From Deltaproteobacteria bacterium (GTDB taxonomy: Bacteria; Desulfobacterota; Syntrophobacteria; BM002): DNA of 64,000 nucleotides. This document shows positions 38,800-49,299 of this stretch, in pieces. Numbering within the stretch: position 1 is the first letter of the stretch; each line of letters opens with the position of its first letter. Below the pieces are notes generated by a model that worked only from the letters and a program-made list of their open reading frames with translations, did no database searches and was not told the DNA's origin. The position numbers were made by a program, and so were the translations under genes. The stretch is taken from contig JAFDGZ010000004.1 of assembly GCA_019309045.1 (NCBI GenBank), positions 5,178 through 69,177 of the forward strand, given 5' to 3'.

Positions 38800-39653
38800 G
38801 AGAAGCACCATGGCAGAAAGCAAGTTCAACTTGCGGGCGTGTTGTGGTCGTGGGGAGAGACGAGCTGAAATCATCCCAGGTGGGCCGGAGAATCCCCCGG
38901 CGGGCTGCGGGTGCCAAGAAAAATTACAAGGTTACCCTCGAGTATGATGGTTCCCTTTATCATGGCTGGCAACGACAACGCGGGGTTCTCACTATCCAGG
39001 AGGTGGTAGAGACTTGCCTGGAGACCATTACTTGCGAGCCAGTCCGCTTGCACGCAGCAGGACGCACTGATGCTGGGGTGCACGCCTGCGGTCAAGTGGC
39101 GAACTTTCACACTCGAAGCCGGATTCCTGCAGGGGGGCTGTTTCATGGTTTGAACAGTCTCCTCCCGAGTGATATAGTAGCTCTGAAACTGGAGGAAGTC
39201 CCCCTCGATTTCCATGCCCGTTTCAAGGCGCGCAGTAAGCTCTATCAGTACAGGGTACACAATGGTTCAGTTGCCCCTGCCCTGGGGCGCCAGTATGCCT
39301 GGCACATTCGGCAGCCGCTCGACTGGCAGCGAATCGAAGAGTGCCTGCAACTGCTCGTGGGCAGGCATGATTTTGCCTCGTTCAAGGCTGCAGGCAGCAG
39401 AGTGAGCCAAACAGAGAGGACCATTATCGATGCCAGAATCAGCAAAGCGGGGGGCGATATCTGGATAATTTCCTTGCAGGCAGACGGCTTTCTCCGCCAT
39501 ATGGTGCGCACAATCGTGGGCACTCTGATGGAGGCAGGCAGGGGAAAGCTTACTGGGGAGGACTTTGCTGAAATTGTGGCGGCGAGAGATCGTCGCCAGG
39601 CTGGCATGACAGCGCCGGCGCGCGGTTTGTTTTTGCGGCGGGTATTCTATTGA
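38787..39653 (+). CDS. truA: tRNA pseudouridine(38-40) synthase TruA, with an Arg/Lys-rich N-terminal extension; the true start is uncertain
   Basis: YKVTLEYDGSLYHGWQRQ and the catalytic-Asp region AAGRTDAGVHACGQV are present. The annotated ATG overlaps the argC end by 13 nt and adds about 45 aa ahead of the conserved core. Confidence 0.8.
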   Translation: MAAVREAPWQKASSTCGRVVVVGRDELKSSQVGRRIPRRAAGAKKNYKVTLEYDGSLYHGWQRQRGVLTIQEVVETCLETITCEPVRLHAAGRTDAGVHACGQVANFHTRSRIPAGGLFHGLNSLLPSDIVALKLEEVPLDFHARFKARSKLYQYRVHNGSVAPALGRQYAWHIRQPLDWQRIEECLQLLVGRHDFASFKAAGSRVSQTERTIIDARISKAGGDIWIISLQADGFLRHMVRTIVGTLMEAGRGKLTGEDFAEIVAARDRRQAGMTAPARGLFLRRVFY

Positions 39654-39794
39654 CAGAGCCGGACTGCCGTTGAGCAGCAAGACTCCAGAGGAGTGAATCT
39701 CCCTGGAAACCTCGCCGCTTCATGCCCGGTGAGAAGCACTTCTGCAGTCGTACCTGGCAGGCGGAGAACCGGTGTGGCAAAAGGAGAATTCACG

Positions 39795-40988
39795 ATGCAA
39801 CTTGCTGAACGGATGAGCAAGATCAAACCCTCGGCCACCTTTGCTATCAGCAGCAGGGCCAGAGAGTTGCGTGCTCAGGGGTTGGAAGTGATAAATTTTT
39901 CCATTGGCGAACCTGACTTCCACACCCCCGAACACGTGTGCCAGGCAGCTATTGAGGCAATTCGCCAGGGCTTTACCAAGTATACGCCTGTTGGCGGCAT
40001 CGAAGAGTTGAAAGATGCCATAATTGCAGAATTTGAAAAATATTATGGCCTCTCCTACGAGCGTTCACAGGTCATTGTCTCCTGCGGTGCCAAGCACAGT
40101 TTATACAATCTAGCTCAGGTTCTCTTTAATCCAGGCGACCAGGTTATCGTGCCAGCTCCTTACTGGGTGAGTTACCCGGACATAGTCAGGCTGGCAGGAG
40201 CAGAGCCTGTGGTGGTCCCCACCCTCGAGGAAAATGATTTCAAGCTGACCGCGGCAATTCTGGAAGACCACCTAACGGAGCGCTGCCGCGGCCTGATCCT
40301 CAACAGTCCCAGCAATCCCACGGGTACTGTGTACAGCAGTGAGGAGCTTGCAGAGCTGGCGGAGGTGGTACTGCAGCACCGCTTGCTGGTCATATCAGAT
40401 GATATCTATTACAGAATACTGTTTGACGGTCTAAACTGGAACAGCCTTGCCATGCTGGACGATGAGCTCAGACAGTATACTATTGTGGTGAACGGTGTAT
40501 CCAAGACGTATGCCATGACGGGCTGGCGCATAGGCTATCTGGCTGCACCCGCAGAGATAGCCGCCGCAGTAAACAAGATTCAGGGCCAGAACACTTCCAA
40601 CCCCAATTCCATCGCCCAGAAAGCGGCGCTGGCTGCCCTGACCGGTCCCCAGGAGGCAGTGCAGTACATGGTGGACAAGTATGAACAGCGGCGCCAGCTC
40701 ATGCTGAGCCTTCTGGAGAAAATTCCGGGTGTTCGGGCCTTTCGACCTGCCGGAGCTTTCTATGTATTTGTGAATTGCAGTGCATTTTACGGTCGCTCCT
40801 TTGCCAGCGACACCATAGAAAACTCGGTTGATCTTGCCTCTTACCTGTTGGAAAAGGCTCAGATTGCCACTGTTCCCGGCATCGCCTTTGGTGAGGACGG
40901 TTATCTGCGCTTTTCTTTTGCTACTTCGGTGCAAGTAATAGAACGGGGCCTCGAACTGCTGAGTACCGCTCTGTCTCAGCTGCATTAG
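39795..40988 (+). CDS. Class I pyridoxal-phosphate aminotransferase (aspartate aminotransferase-like)
   Basis: The PLP-lysine motif is SKTYAMTGWRIGY. Fold type I is evident. An AAAGGAG RBS precedes the start. Confidence 0.85.
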   Translation: MQLAERMSKIKPSATFAISSRARELRAQGLEVINFSIGEPDFHTPEHVCQAAIEAIRQGFTKYTPVGGIEELKDAIIAEFEKYYGLSYERSQVIVSCGAKHSLYNLAQVLFNPGDQVIVPAPYWVSYPDIVRLAGAEPVVVPTLEENDFKLTAAILEDHLTERCRGLILNSPSNPTGTVYSSEELAELAEVVLQHRLLVISDDIYYRILFDGLNWNSLAMLDDELRQYTIVVNGVSKTYAMTGWRIGYLAAPAEIAAAVNKIQGQNTSNPNSIAQKAALAALTGPQEAVQYMVDKYEQRRQLMLSLLEKIPGVRAFRPAGAFYVFVNCSAFYGRSFASDTIENSVDLASYLLEKAQIATVPGIAFGEDGYLRFSFATSVQVIERGLELLSTALSQLH

Positions 40989-41154
40989 CAACGAGATGCC
41001 TGGTATTGAAGAAGAAGAGCACAGCTCAGCCAGGTGGCTGCCGACATTGCCGGCTGTGGGGCGAACTGTGATGCAGTCCTTTGCAGTGCCGAGCAATTGG
41101 CGGAACCTGCTGATGGAATGAAGCCTTTTTGCTGCCTGGAGAAACCCCTGCTTC

Positions 41155-41170
41155 TGGTCCACATTTTGCA
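41155..41170 (+). promoter_or_regulatory. Sigma-54-type promoter candidate, TGGTCCacattTTGCA, upstream of pilB
   Basis: GG-N10-GC spacing is exact and the -12 TTGCA is consensus. The -24 element is TGGTCC against TGGCAC. It lies about 60 nt upstream of the pilB ATG. Confidence 0.4.
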
Positions 41171-41228
41171 TAACTGACCCAGAGAATTTATCAATCTGAA
41201 GCGACCATTAAGCCACTAGGGGTCAGGC

Positions 41229-42920
41229 ATGGTAAAGAAGCTGGGCGAACTTCTTGTCCGCGAAACACTCATCACTGAGGAGCAGTTGGAGAACGCACTC
41301 CAGGAGCAGAAGAACAACGGCGGCGTCCTGGGGACCCATCTGGTCAAGATGGGCTACCTGGAAGAGGGAGAACTGCTGGAATTTCTGAGCAAGCAATATG
41401 GGGTGCCGGTTACTGATCCTTCCAAATTGGACGTGGATCCTGAAGTCATCGACATGATCCCCTCCAACATTGTGCAGAAGTACAAAATTGTGCCCATATC
41501 CCTGGAGGGTCAGACTCTGACCATAGCCATGGTGGATCCCTCCAACATATTCATCATTGATGACATCAGGTTTCTCACCAGAAAAAATGTGAGGGTGACG
41601 GTTGCCACCGAAAGCGCCATCAAACAGGCTATGGACAGGTTCTATGACGCCGGTGCCAACCTGGAAGACGTGATCAGCGAGTTTGCCGACGATGGCGTCG
41701 ATGTGATCAGTTCTACTGAAGAACTCGACATCAGTGAACTGGAAAGCGCTGCTGAACAGGCTCCGGTAGTAAAACTGGTGAACCTCATACTGGTGGACGC
41801 CATCAAGAAAATGGCAAGTGACATCCATATCGAACCATATGAAAAGAGTTTCAGGGTGCGCTTCAGAATAGACGGTGTGCTCTATGAGATAATGAGGCCG
41901 CCTCTGCGCTTGAAAAATGCTCTGATTTCACGTATCAAAATCATGTCCAGACTCGATATAGCCGAGCGCCGCCTGCCTCAGGATGGCCGCATAAAGTTAA
42001 AGACAAAAGGCAAGGAGATGGATTTCCGTGTCTCCGTGCTGCCCACGCTGTTCGGCGAGAAAGTGGTGCTGCGGCTTCTGGACAAATCCAATCTGCAGTT
42101 GGATATGACCAAGCTCGGCTTCCAGGAGAAGCAGCTGAAAGAGTTCAAAGAAGCGATCCATAAGCCCTTTGGCATGGTCCTGGTTACCGGTCCCACAGGG
42201 AGCGGCAAAACCACCACTCTTTACAGCGCTCTGTCCGAGCTGAACAAGACCACTGAAAACATATCAACAGCAGAAGATCCTGTGGAGTTCAATCTCAGTG
42301 GCATCAATCAGGTGCAGATCCACGAGTCCATCGGCCTCACATTTGCGGCAGCATTGCGTTCTTTTCTCCGCCAGGACCCTGATATTATCATGGTGGGAGA
42401 GATCCGAGATTTCGAAACTGCTGAAATAGCAATCAAAGCGGCCCTAACAGGGCACCTGGTTCTCAGCACCCTGCACACCAATGACGCCCCCAGTACAGTC
42501 AACCGTCTGCTCAATATGGGTGTGGAACCTTTTCTGGTGGCCTCGGCCGTCAATCTCATTCTAGCCCAGAGACTGGCGCGGATGATTTGTGAGGACTGCA
42601 AGCAGGAGATGGAAGTACCGCAGGAGACCTTGCTGGATCTCGGCGTTCCAGAAGAAGAAGTGGGCAGCATTACCTGCTACCGTGGTGCTGGTTGTGCCTC
42701 GTGCAACCAGACCGGTTACAAGGGCAGAATTGCCCTGTACGAGGTCATGCCCCTCTATGATGAGATCAAAGAGTTGGTCCTGGTAGGGGCTTCTACCACC
42801 GAGATCAAACGGGAGGCAATGAGGCTCGGCATGTTGACCTTGCGGCAATCAGGAATCAACAAGTTGAAGGCTGGAATCACTACAGTTGAAGAGGTGGTAC
42901 GCTGCTCCGTGAAGGACTAA
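41229..42920 (+). CDS. pilB: Type IV pilus assembly ATPase PilB (GspE-family secretion ATPase)
   Basis: T2SSE_N domain, Walker A VTGPTGSGKTTTLYSAL, and a tetracysteine Zn motif (CEDCK...CYRGAGCASC). Confidence 0.85.
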   Translation: MVKKLGELLVRETLITEEQLENALQEQKNNGGVLGTHLVKMGYLEEGELLEFLSKQYGVPVTDPSKLDVDPEVIDMIPSNIVQKYKIVPISLEGQTLTIAMVDPSNIFIIDDIRFLTRKNVRVTVATESAIKQAMDRFYDAGANLEDVISEFADDGVDVISSTEELDISELESAAEQAPVVKLVNLILVDAIKKMASDIHIEPYEKSFRVRFRIDGVLYEIMRPPLRLKNALISRIKIMSRLDIAERRLPQDGRIKLKTKGKEMDFRVSVLPTLFGEKVVLRLLDKSNLQLDMTKLGFQEKQLKEFKEAIHKPFGMVLVTGPTGSGKTTTLYSALSELNKTTENISTAEDPVEFNLSGINQVQIHESIGLTFAAALRSFLRQDPDIIMVGEIRDFETAEIAIKAALTGHLVLSTLHTNDAPSTVNRLLNMGVEPFLVASAVNLILAQRLARMICEDCKQEMEVPQETLLDLGVPEEEVGSITCYRGAGCASCNQTGYKGRIALYEVMPLYDEIKELVLVGASTTEIKREAMRLGMLTLRQSGINKLKAGITTVEEVVRCSVKD

Positions 42921-43009
42921 CCCTTGAAAAAAGGGTAAAGATAACATGCGATCAGGGGCAGCAATTGTAAGGCGAAGATGCTGCCAAGAAATATGACAAG
43001 GAGCACGGT

Positions 43010-44221
43010 ATGGCGGAATACGTGTGGGTAGGAATCAATCGGAAGGGAAAAAAGAAAAAGGGTGAACTGGACGCGGAAAATGAGAATATGGTCCGCCTCA
43101 CCCTCAGACGACAGGGCATCGAACCCAAAAAAATCAAACCCAAGCCGAAAGACATCTTCGCAAACGTCAAGGCCTTTCAGCCCAAAGTGACCGAAAAGGA
43201 TATTGTGGTCATGACGCGGCAATTTGCCACCATGATTGATGCAGGCCTTCCCCTGGTACAGTGTCTTGATATTCTGTACAGTCAGCAGGACAACCGCACC
43301 TTCAAACGCATTCTCAAACAGGTAAAAGAAGATGTGGAAGAAGGCTCGACCTTTGCCGATGCACTCAAGAAGCACCCGCAAGTCTTCGACGAACTCTTTG
43401 TCAACCTGGTGGCAGCAGGGGAGGTAGGCGGCATCCTAGATATCATTCTCAATCGCCTGGCGAATTACATTGAGAAGGCGGCGAAGCTCAAGAAGAAAGT
43501 CAAGAGCGCCATGACCTATCCTATTGTGGTCACGGCAATTGCCGTCCTGGTGGTGGCAGTAATCCTGGTGTTTGTAATCCCGGTGTTTCAGACCATGTTT
43601 GCAGATTTTGGCCGCGCTCTGCCGCTTCCTACCCAGATCGTGGTAAACTTGAGCAATTTTGTCAAAGGTAATATTCTTTATATGATTGTGGGGCTGGCTA
43701 TTCTGGTATTTGCTTTCAGAAGGTTCTATCGTACTGAAAAGGGCAGAGCTCTGGTGGACAGACTCATACTCCGGGTGCCTATTTTTGGCGTGCTCATTCG
43801 CAAGGTGGCGGTGGCCAAGTTTACCCGCACACTGGGAACCATGATCGGCAGTGGGGTGCCTATCCTGGACAGCCTTGAAATTGTGGCGGCCACAGCAGGC
43901 AACCGGACCATTGAGGAGGCAATCAGAGAGACCAGGCAGAGTATCAGCGAGGGGCGTACTATTGCTGAGCCTCTTGCTGACAGTGAAGTATTTCCCTCCA
44001 TGGTGGTGCAGATGATCTCTGTGGGGGAGGCTACGGGAGCTCTTGACACCATGCTGGGTAAGATTGCCGATTTTTATGATGATGAGGTAGATGCTGCTGT
44101 GGAGGCGCTCACCTCCATGTTGGAGCCCTTCATGATGGTGTTTCTCGGCGGCACTATCGGTGCTCTGGTGATATCCATGTATTTGCCGATATTTCAGATG
44201 GCCGGAGCTGTGGGCGGCTAA
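43010..44221 (+). CDS. pilC: Type IV pilus inner-membrane platform protein PilC (GspF family)
   Basis: Two T2SSF repeats with three TM segments. Confidence 0.85.
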   Translation: MAEYVWVGINRKGKKKKGELDAENENMVRLTLRRQGIEPKKIKPKPKDIFANVKAFQPKVTEKDIVVMTRQFATMIDAGLPLVQCLDILYSQQDNRTFKRILKQVKEDVEEGSTFADALKKHPQVFDELFVNLVAAGEVGGILDIILNRLANYIEKAAKLKKKVKSAMTYPIVVTAIAVLVVAVILVFVIPVFQTMFADFGRALPLPTQIVVNLSNFVKGNILYMIVGLAILVFAFRRFYRTEKGRALVDRLILRVPIFGVLIRKVAVAKFTRTLGTMIGSGVPILDSLEIVAATAGNRTIEEAIRETRQSISEGRTIAEPLADSEVFPSMVVQMISVGEATGALDTMLGKIADFYDDEVDAAVEALTSMLEPFMMVFLGGTIGALVISMYLPIFQMAGAVGG

Positions 44222-44346
44222 GTACTACGATTCGCAAATACAGTGACGTATTCTGCTAATTTATCTCGAAGCAATTGCTCACCCAGCACTAGGTCCTGAG
44301 GAAATAAGTTCGTCATTGAACTTATGAATCGAAGGACTAAGCGAAG

Positions 44347-46098
44347 ATGTCTGTGAATGAAGATCCTGTCAAGGGTGCTACAGCTGAGCTCTTGAGGAAA
44401 CTCAAGAGGCTGATGTTCCTCAGGGTGCTCTTTGCCACCTTTCTGCTCGCAGTTACGGCAGTAGTCCAGGCAAAGGCCTACCAGTTCTTTATCAATGCCT
44501 CACCGATCTCCCTCTACACAGTGGCTGTGCTGATCTATTTTGCCACTGGCTGCTACGTCCTGCTCTTGAGACGGTTGCACAGGGCAAACAGGGTAAAACT
44601 GCTGGCCTACATCCAGCTCGTCCTGGATGTGGTCTTCGTCACTGCCCTCATTTATGTCACCGGCGGCATCGAAAGTATTTTTTCCTTCATGTACATCCTG
44701 GTAATAATAAATGCTGCCATCATGCTGTATCGTCGAGGAGGACTGTTCATTGCTTCAGCTAGCAGCATTTTCTATGGCGTGCTTCTCGATATGCAGTATT
44801 TCGGTCTTGCTCATCCCTTCTACACCCGCTCTTCGACTGCCATGCATTACAGTAGTGGCTACTATTTTTACACTGTTCTCATGAATATTATGGCTTTCTA
44901 CGCGGTGGCTTTTTTGAGCAGTTATCTCGCCGAGGAACTTCGCCGCAGCGGCGCAAAGTTGGAAGAGAAGCAGTATGATCTCGATCAACTGGAGTTGCTC
45001 AATCGCAATATAGTGCAGAGCATCAACAGTGGACTGATCACCCTGGATAATGCACTGAGAATAACCTATGTAAATCGGGCTGCTGAAAGCATCTCAGGAT
45101 TCAAGCTGGCAGAGATGCAGGGAAAACACATCAGTGCCATTTTCCCCGAGATAGCTCCCCGGCTGATAGGAGGCAAGCAGTCCAGGGGAGATGGGGCAAG
45201 ACGGCGACCGGAGCGCAACGACTTTAGTTTTACCCGCAAGGATGGCACCACAGTGCATCTGGGTTTCTCTCAGTCAGTACTTTCTGACCCGCGCGGCCAT
45301 GAATTTGGTCTCATTCTTATTTTTCAAGATTTAACTGAAATTCGCCGCATGGAAGAACAGATTCGCCGGATGGACCGTCTCGCTGTAGTGGGCGAGCTCG
45401 CAGCTGGGATTGCCCATGAAATAAAGAACCCCCTGGCATCTCTCAGTGGATCTCTGCAAATGATGAGAGATGAATTGACTCTAGAGGATGAATACCAGCG
45501 TCTCATGGATATAACCTTGCGTGAGGCTGAACGGCTCAATGCCCTGGTCAATGAGTTCCTTCTCTTTTCCAAGCCAGCAAGGAAGGCAGAGGAGTCTGTG
45601 GAGATACACCAGGTGATAAACGATACCCTGGAAATCCTGGGTAACAGCCCTGAACTGCCGAGGCTCGTACGGATCCGCAAGAATTTTGCCGACAATCTCT
45701 GGGTAAATATTGATTCTCAACAGCTAGAACAGGTGATCTGGAACCTGATGCTGAATGCCCTGCACAGCATGAATGACGGTGGGGAAATATGCATATCTAC
45801 CGGAATCCATTATGAAAATGGTACAGGAAACAGCAGGAAGAACTTTGCCAAGATCTCCATTTTGGACACTGGTCCAGGGATTCCCCAGGAAATTCAGGAC
45901 AAGATATTCAATCCCTTCTTTACTACCAAAGAAAGCGGTACCGGGCTTGGTTTGACAATTGTCCACAGAATCATTGAGAATTATGGCGGCAGGATCTTTT
46001 TCAAAAGCGACGGCCGTTCAGGAACCACCTTCACCATTTATCTGCCTCTGGCTAGTACAGATCACTCTCCAGAAAATGGTTCTCTCGAAAGTGAATAG
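44347..46098 (+). CDS. pilS: PilS-like sensor histidine kinase: six-TM N-terminal domain, PAS, HisKA, HATPase
   Basis: A polytopic N-terminus, H-box AAGIAHEIKNPL and G-boxes DTGPGI and GTGLGL. It lies directly after pilB-pilC. No partner regulator gene follows. Confidence 0.7.
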   Translation: MSVNEDPVKGATAELLRKLKRLMFLRVLFATFLLAVTAVVQAKAYQFFINASPISLYTVAVLIYFATGCYVLLLRRLHRANRVKLLAYIQLVLDVVFVTALIYVTGGIESIFSFMYILVIINAAIMLYRRGGLFIASASSIFYGVLLDMQYFGLAHPFYTRSSTAMHYSSGYYFYTVLMNIMAFYAVAFLSSYLAEELRRSGAKLEEKQYDLDQLELLNRNIVQSINSGLITLDNALRITYVNRAAESISGFKLAEMQGKHISAIFPEIAPRLIGGKQSRGDGARRRPERNDFSFTRKDGTTVHLGFSQSVLSDPRGHEFGLILIFQDLTEIRRMEEQIRRMDRLAVVGELAAGIAHEIKNPLASLSGSLQMMRDELTLEDEYQRLMDITLREAERLNALVNEFLLFSKPARKAEESVEIHQVINDTLEILGNSPELPRLVRIRKNFADNLWVNIDSQQLEQVIWNLMLNALHSMNDGGEICISTGIHYENGTGNSRKNFAKISILDTGPGIPQEIQDKIFNPFFTTKESGTGLGLTIVHRIIENYGGRIFFKSDGRSGTTFTIYLPLASTDHSPENGSLESE

Positions 46099-46407
46099 AA
46101 AGTGGCCAGGTCTGGGGCCCGCTGCAGCCCTCTGGTGACAAACAGACAACCTGTCAACATAACTTGAAAATATGAAATGTCTCCCCTCTGTTAGAGCTTG
46201 ACTCCTGCCGGCAAATCGTTTATCGTAACGCCCCTTGAGATACATGCCACAACCCAGTGAGAGGAGGAGCCACCGCTACTGCCCAGATGGAGTGTTTGGC
46301 AGCAGATGTATGTGCTGTTATGTTGCCGAATATACAGCGGCCATTTTTTGCAGGAGTCGCCTTGCAGCCAGTGGGTTCAGCAGTGAAGGGCTCGCCTCAA
46401 AGGATTC

Positions 46408-47901
46408 ATGAAAATGGCCACAGATGAATTGAGCCAACTGCTGAGACAACGCCGGCAGAAAGCGGAGAGACTCAGGCAGGCAGGGGTTGACATCTACTGT
46501 AACGACTTTGCTGTCCAGGATAGATTTGCCAACATCAAGGCTAGCTACCAGGATTTAGACGACGATAAGTTGGCACAACAGAGGCGGGTATTTGTTTGCG
46601 CCGGCCGCATCATGGCGATACGCTCCTTTGGACGAGCATCATTCGTGACTCTACAGGATGCCACCGGCAGGCTGCAAATCTACGTCAAAAAAGAGGAGGT
46701 GGGCCAGGACAGTTATGGCCTCTTCCGAAAGTTTGACATAGGTGATCTGGTTGGCGTCAAAGGAACCCTGTTTCGCACCCGGACAGGTGAATTGACCCTG
46801 CTCTGCCAGGAAATTCGTTTACTGACCAAGAGCCTCAGGCCGCTGCCAGAAAAATACCATGGCTTTCGAGATGTGGAGGCAAGGTATCGGCAGCGCTATG
46901 TGGACCTCATTGTCAACGAAGAGGTGCGCCAACTGTTTGTCAGGCGAGCGGTTATCATTGAGAAGCTCCGGGAATTCCTTCAGACCAGAGGCTTTTTGGA
47001 AGTCGAGACGCCCATGATGCAGCCCATTCCCGGAGGTGCTACTGCCAAACCGTTTACCACATTCCATAATGCCCTGGGCATCGAACTCTATCTGCGGGTT
47101 GCTCCTGAACTCTATCTCAAGAGGTTGCTGGTGGGAGGATTCGAGAAGGTATTCGAATTGAATCGAAACTTTCGCAACGAAGGCATCTCCTTTGAACACA
47201 ACCCCGAGTTCACCATGCTGGAGTTTTATCAGGCATATGCCACCTATGAGGATTTGATGCGCTTGAGTGAAGAAATGTTTTGCTTCCTCGCTTCGCAGCT
47301 CAACGGGGATCTCCGCTTTTCCTATCAGGGAATGGACATTGATCTCACCCCACCCTGGCGAAAACTGCCCCTGTACGAAGCGCTCGTCGATATTGGTGGT
47401 CTGGGCCGAGATGAGATCGAAGACAGCAGCAAGCTCATGGCCCGGGCAGAGAGTCTGGGTATTGCCACTGCAAAACAAGGACCGGCCAAAATCATAACCA
47501 AACTCTTTGATGTACTGGTTGAGCCCAAGTTGATACAACCCACTTTCATCACTCATTATCCTGTGGAAGTTTCACCTTTGGCGCGGCGGAATGTGGCCGA
47601 TCCTTCTGTGGTGGACAGATTTGAGCTGTTCATAGGCGGCCGAGAAATTGCCAATGGTTTTTCCGAGCTGAATGACCCTGATGATCAAAGGACGAGATTC
47701 ATGCAGCAGGTGGCCGAGCGGGAAGCAGGCGACGAAGAAGCTCATTTCATGGATGAGGACTACCTCAGGGCCCTGGAGTATGGCATGCCTCCTGCGGCTG
47801 GTGAAGGAGTCGGCATCGATAGGGTGATAATGCTTTTCACCAACAGAGCTTCCATAAGGGAGGTAATTCTGTTCCCGCACATGAGGCCCGAGCGCAGCTG
47901 A
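46408..47901 (+). CDS. lysS: Lysine--tRNA ligase (class II)
   Basis: Class II motifs FRNEGIS... and GGREIANGFSELNDP...GIDRV, with an OB-fold anticodon-binding N-terminus. Confidence 0.95.
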   Translation: MKMATDELSQLLRQRRQKAERLRQAGVDIYCNDFAVQDRFANIKASYQDLDDDKLAQQRRVFVCAGRIMAIRSFGRASFVTLQDATGRLQIYVKKEEVGQDSYGLFRKFDIGDLVGVKGTLFRTRTGELTLLCQEIRLLTKSLRPLPEKYHGFRDVEARYRQRYVDLIVNEEVRQLFVRRAVIIEKLREFLQTRGFLEVETPMMQPIPGGATAKPFTTFHNALGIELYLRVAPELYLKRLLVGGFEKVFELNRNFRNEGISFEHNPEFTMLEFYQAYATYEDLMRLSEEMFCFLASQLNGDLRFSYQGMDIDLTPPWRKLPLYEALVDIGGLGRDEIEDSSKLMARAESLGIATAKQGPAKIITKLFDVLVEPKLIQPTFITHYPVEVSPLARRNVADPSVVDRFELFIGGREIANGFSELNDPDDQRTRFMQQVAEREAGDEEAHFMDEDYLRALEYGMPPAAGEGVGIDRVIMLFTNRASIREVILFPHMRPERS

Positions 47902-48054
47902 GTGGCGGTGTGGATGGAAATCTGCTATAAGATCTCAGCAAGGTGATCCCCGATTGGCTCGATTTGCTCTCTGCCATGCTCGCTAGAGCTGCGCTGCTGG
48001 GGTCTGCGGAGATATGGGCTGGTCGTTACTACCCACCCCTAAACATAAATAGCT

Positions 48055-49299
48055 ATGCCCTACGAACTGTTTATCGGTCTTCGCTATCTGAAAGCGAAAC
48101 GCAAACAGACCTTCATTTCCTTGATCACTTTTATATCTGTTGCCGGCGTCATGGTGGGGGTAACAGCCCTCATAATTGTCCTGGCGGTGATGAACGGCTT
48201 CAAGGAAGATCTGCGTCAAAAGATACTGGGGGTTACCTCACACGTGGTGGTCTCGAGTTATACTGGTGCCCTAGCCAACTATCAACAGTTGACCTCTCGA
48301 ATAGAAGCAGTCCCGGGTGTTGTGGCAGCCACTCCTTTCATTTATTCTCAGGTGATGCTCAGCACTGGACAGACTACCTCCGGTGCTGTGCTCAGGGGGA
48401 TAGATCCGCAGACAGCTGGTAAGGTGTTGAGCCTGGGAAGAAACCTGAGGCAGGGAAGTCTGGCTGACCTGGCCAGGCAAGACATCCCTGTGGCAGGCAG
48501 TGCTTTGCCTGGAATCATCCTGGGCAACGAGTTGGCCAGGAATCTAGGTGTAGTGAAAGGGCAGGTGATTACAGTGCTTTCACCCGTAGGCCGCTTGACA
48601 CCATTTGGCCAAATGCCTCGAGCACAAGCATTCAAGATGGTGGGAGTCTTTGAATCTGGCATGTATGAGTATGACAGCACACTGGCCTACGTCTCACTCC
48701 CAGCGGCCCAGCGCTTCCTTGGCATGAAAGGAAAAATCACCGGCATCGAGGTAAGGGTCGAGGATATTTACAGGGCTGACATTGTGGCGCGACATATCAA
48801 GAAGCTACTGGGAGGGTTTCCTTTCTACTGTCGGGACTGGATGCGAATGAATAAAAACCTTTTTTCTGCCTTGAAGCTGGAAAAGATAGTCATGTTCATC
48901 ATTCTTGCTCTCATAATATTGGTGGCAGCATTTAATATTATCAGTACTCTCATTATGGTGGTGATGGAGAAGACAAGAGATATAGCCATTCTGAAATCTA
49001 TGGGGGCGACCAGCCGAAGCATCATGAAAATATTCATGATCGAAGGTCTGGTCATTGGGGTAGTTGGTACCATGCTCGGACTTGCCGGCGGCTATGCTGT
49101 GTGCAAACTGCTGGCGAAATACAAATTCATCGAGCTGCCCAAGGATGTGTACTACATTTCCACCCTCCCGGTAAAGATGGATCCAATAGACGTCGCCGTC
49201 ATAGCCTTGGCTGCAATGGCCATAACCCTTGCTGCCACACTGTATCCCGCCTGGCAGGCTTCGCGGCTCGATCCGGCAGAGGCCATTCGTTATGAGTAG
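48055..49299 (+). CDS. lolE: Lipoprotein-releasing system permease (LolC/LolE family)
   Basis: Start [29 protein letters not shown], MacB-like periplasmic domain, and an FtsX C-terminal four-TM region. Confidence 0.85.
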   Translation: MPYELFIGLRYLKAKRKQTFISLITFISVAGVMVGVTALIIVLAVMNGFKEDLRQKILGVTSHVVVSSYTGALANYQQLTSRIEAVPGVVAATPFIYSQVMLSTGQTTSGAVLRGIDPQTAGKVLSLGRNLRQGSLADLARQDIPVAGSALPGIILGNELARNLGVVKGQVITVLSPVGRLTPFGQMPRAQAFKMVGVFESGMYEYDSTLAYVSLPAAQRFLGMKGKITGIEVRVEDIYRADIVARHIKKLLGGFPFYCRDWMRMNKNLFSALKLEKIVMFIILALIILVAAFNIISTLIMVVMEKTRDIAILKSMGATSRSIMKIFMIEGLVIGVVGTMLGLAGGYAVCKLLAKYKFIELPKDVYYISTLPVKMDPIDVAVIALAAMAITLAATLYPAWQASRLDPAEAIRYE

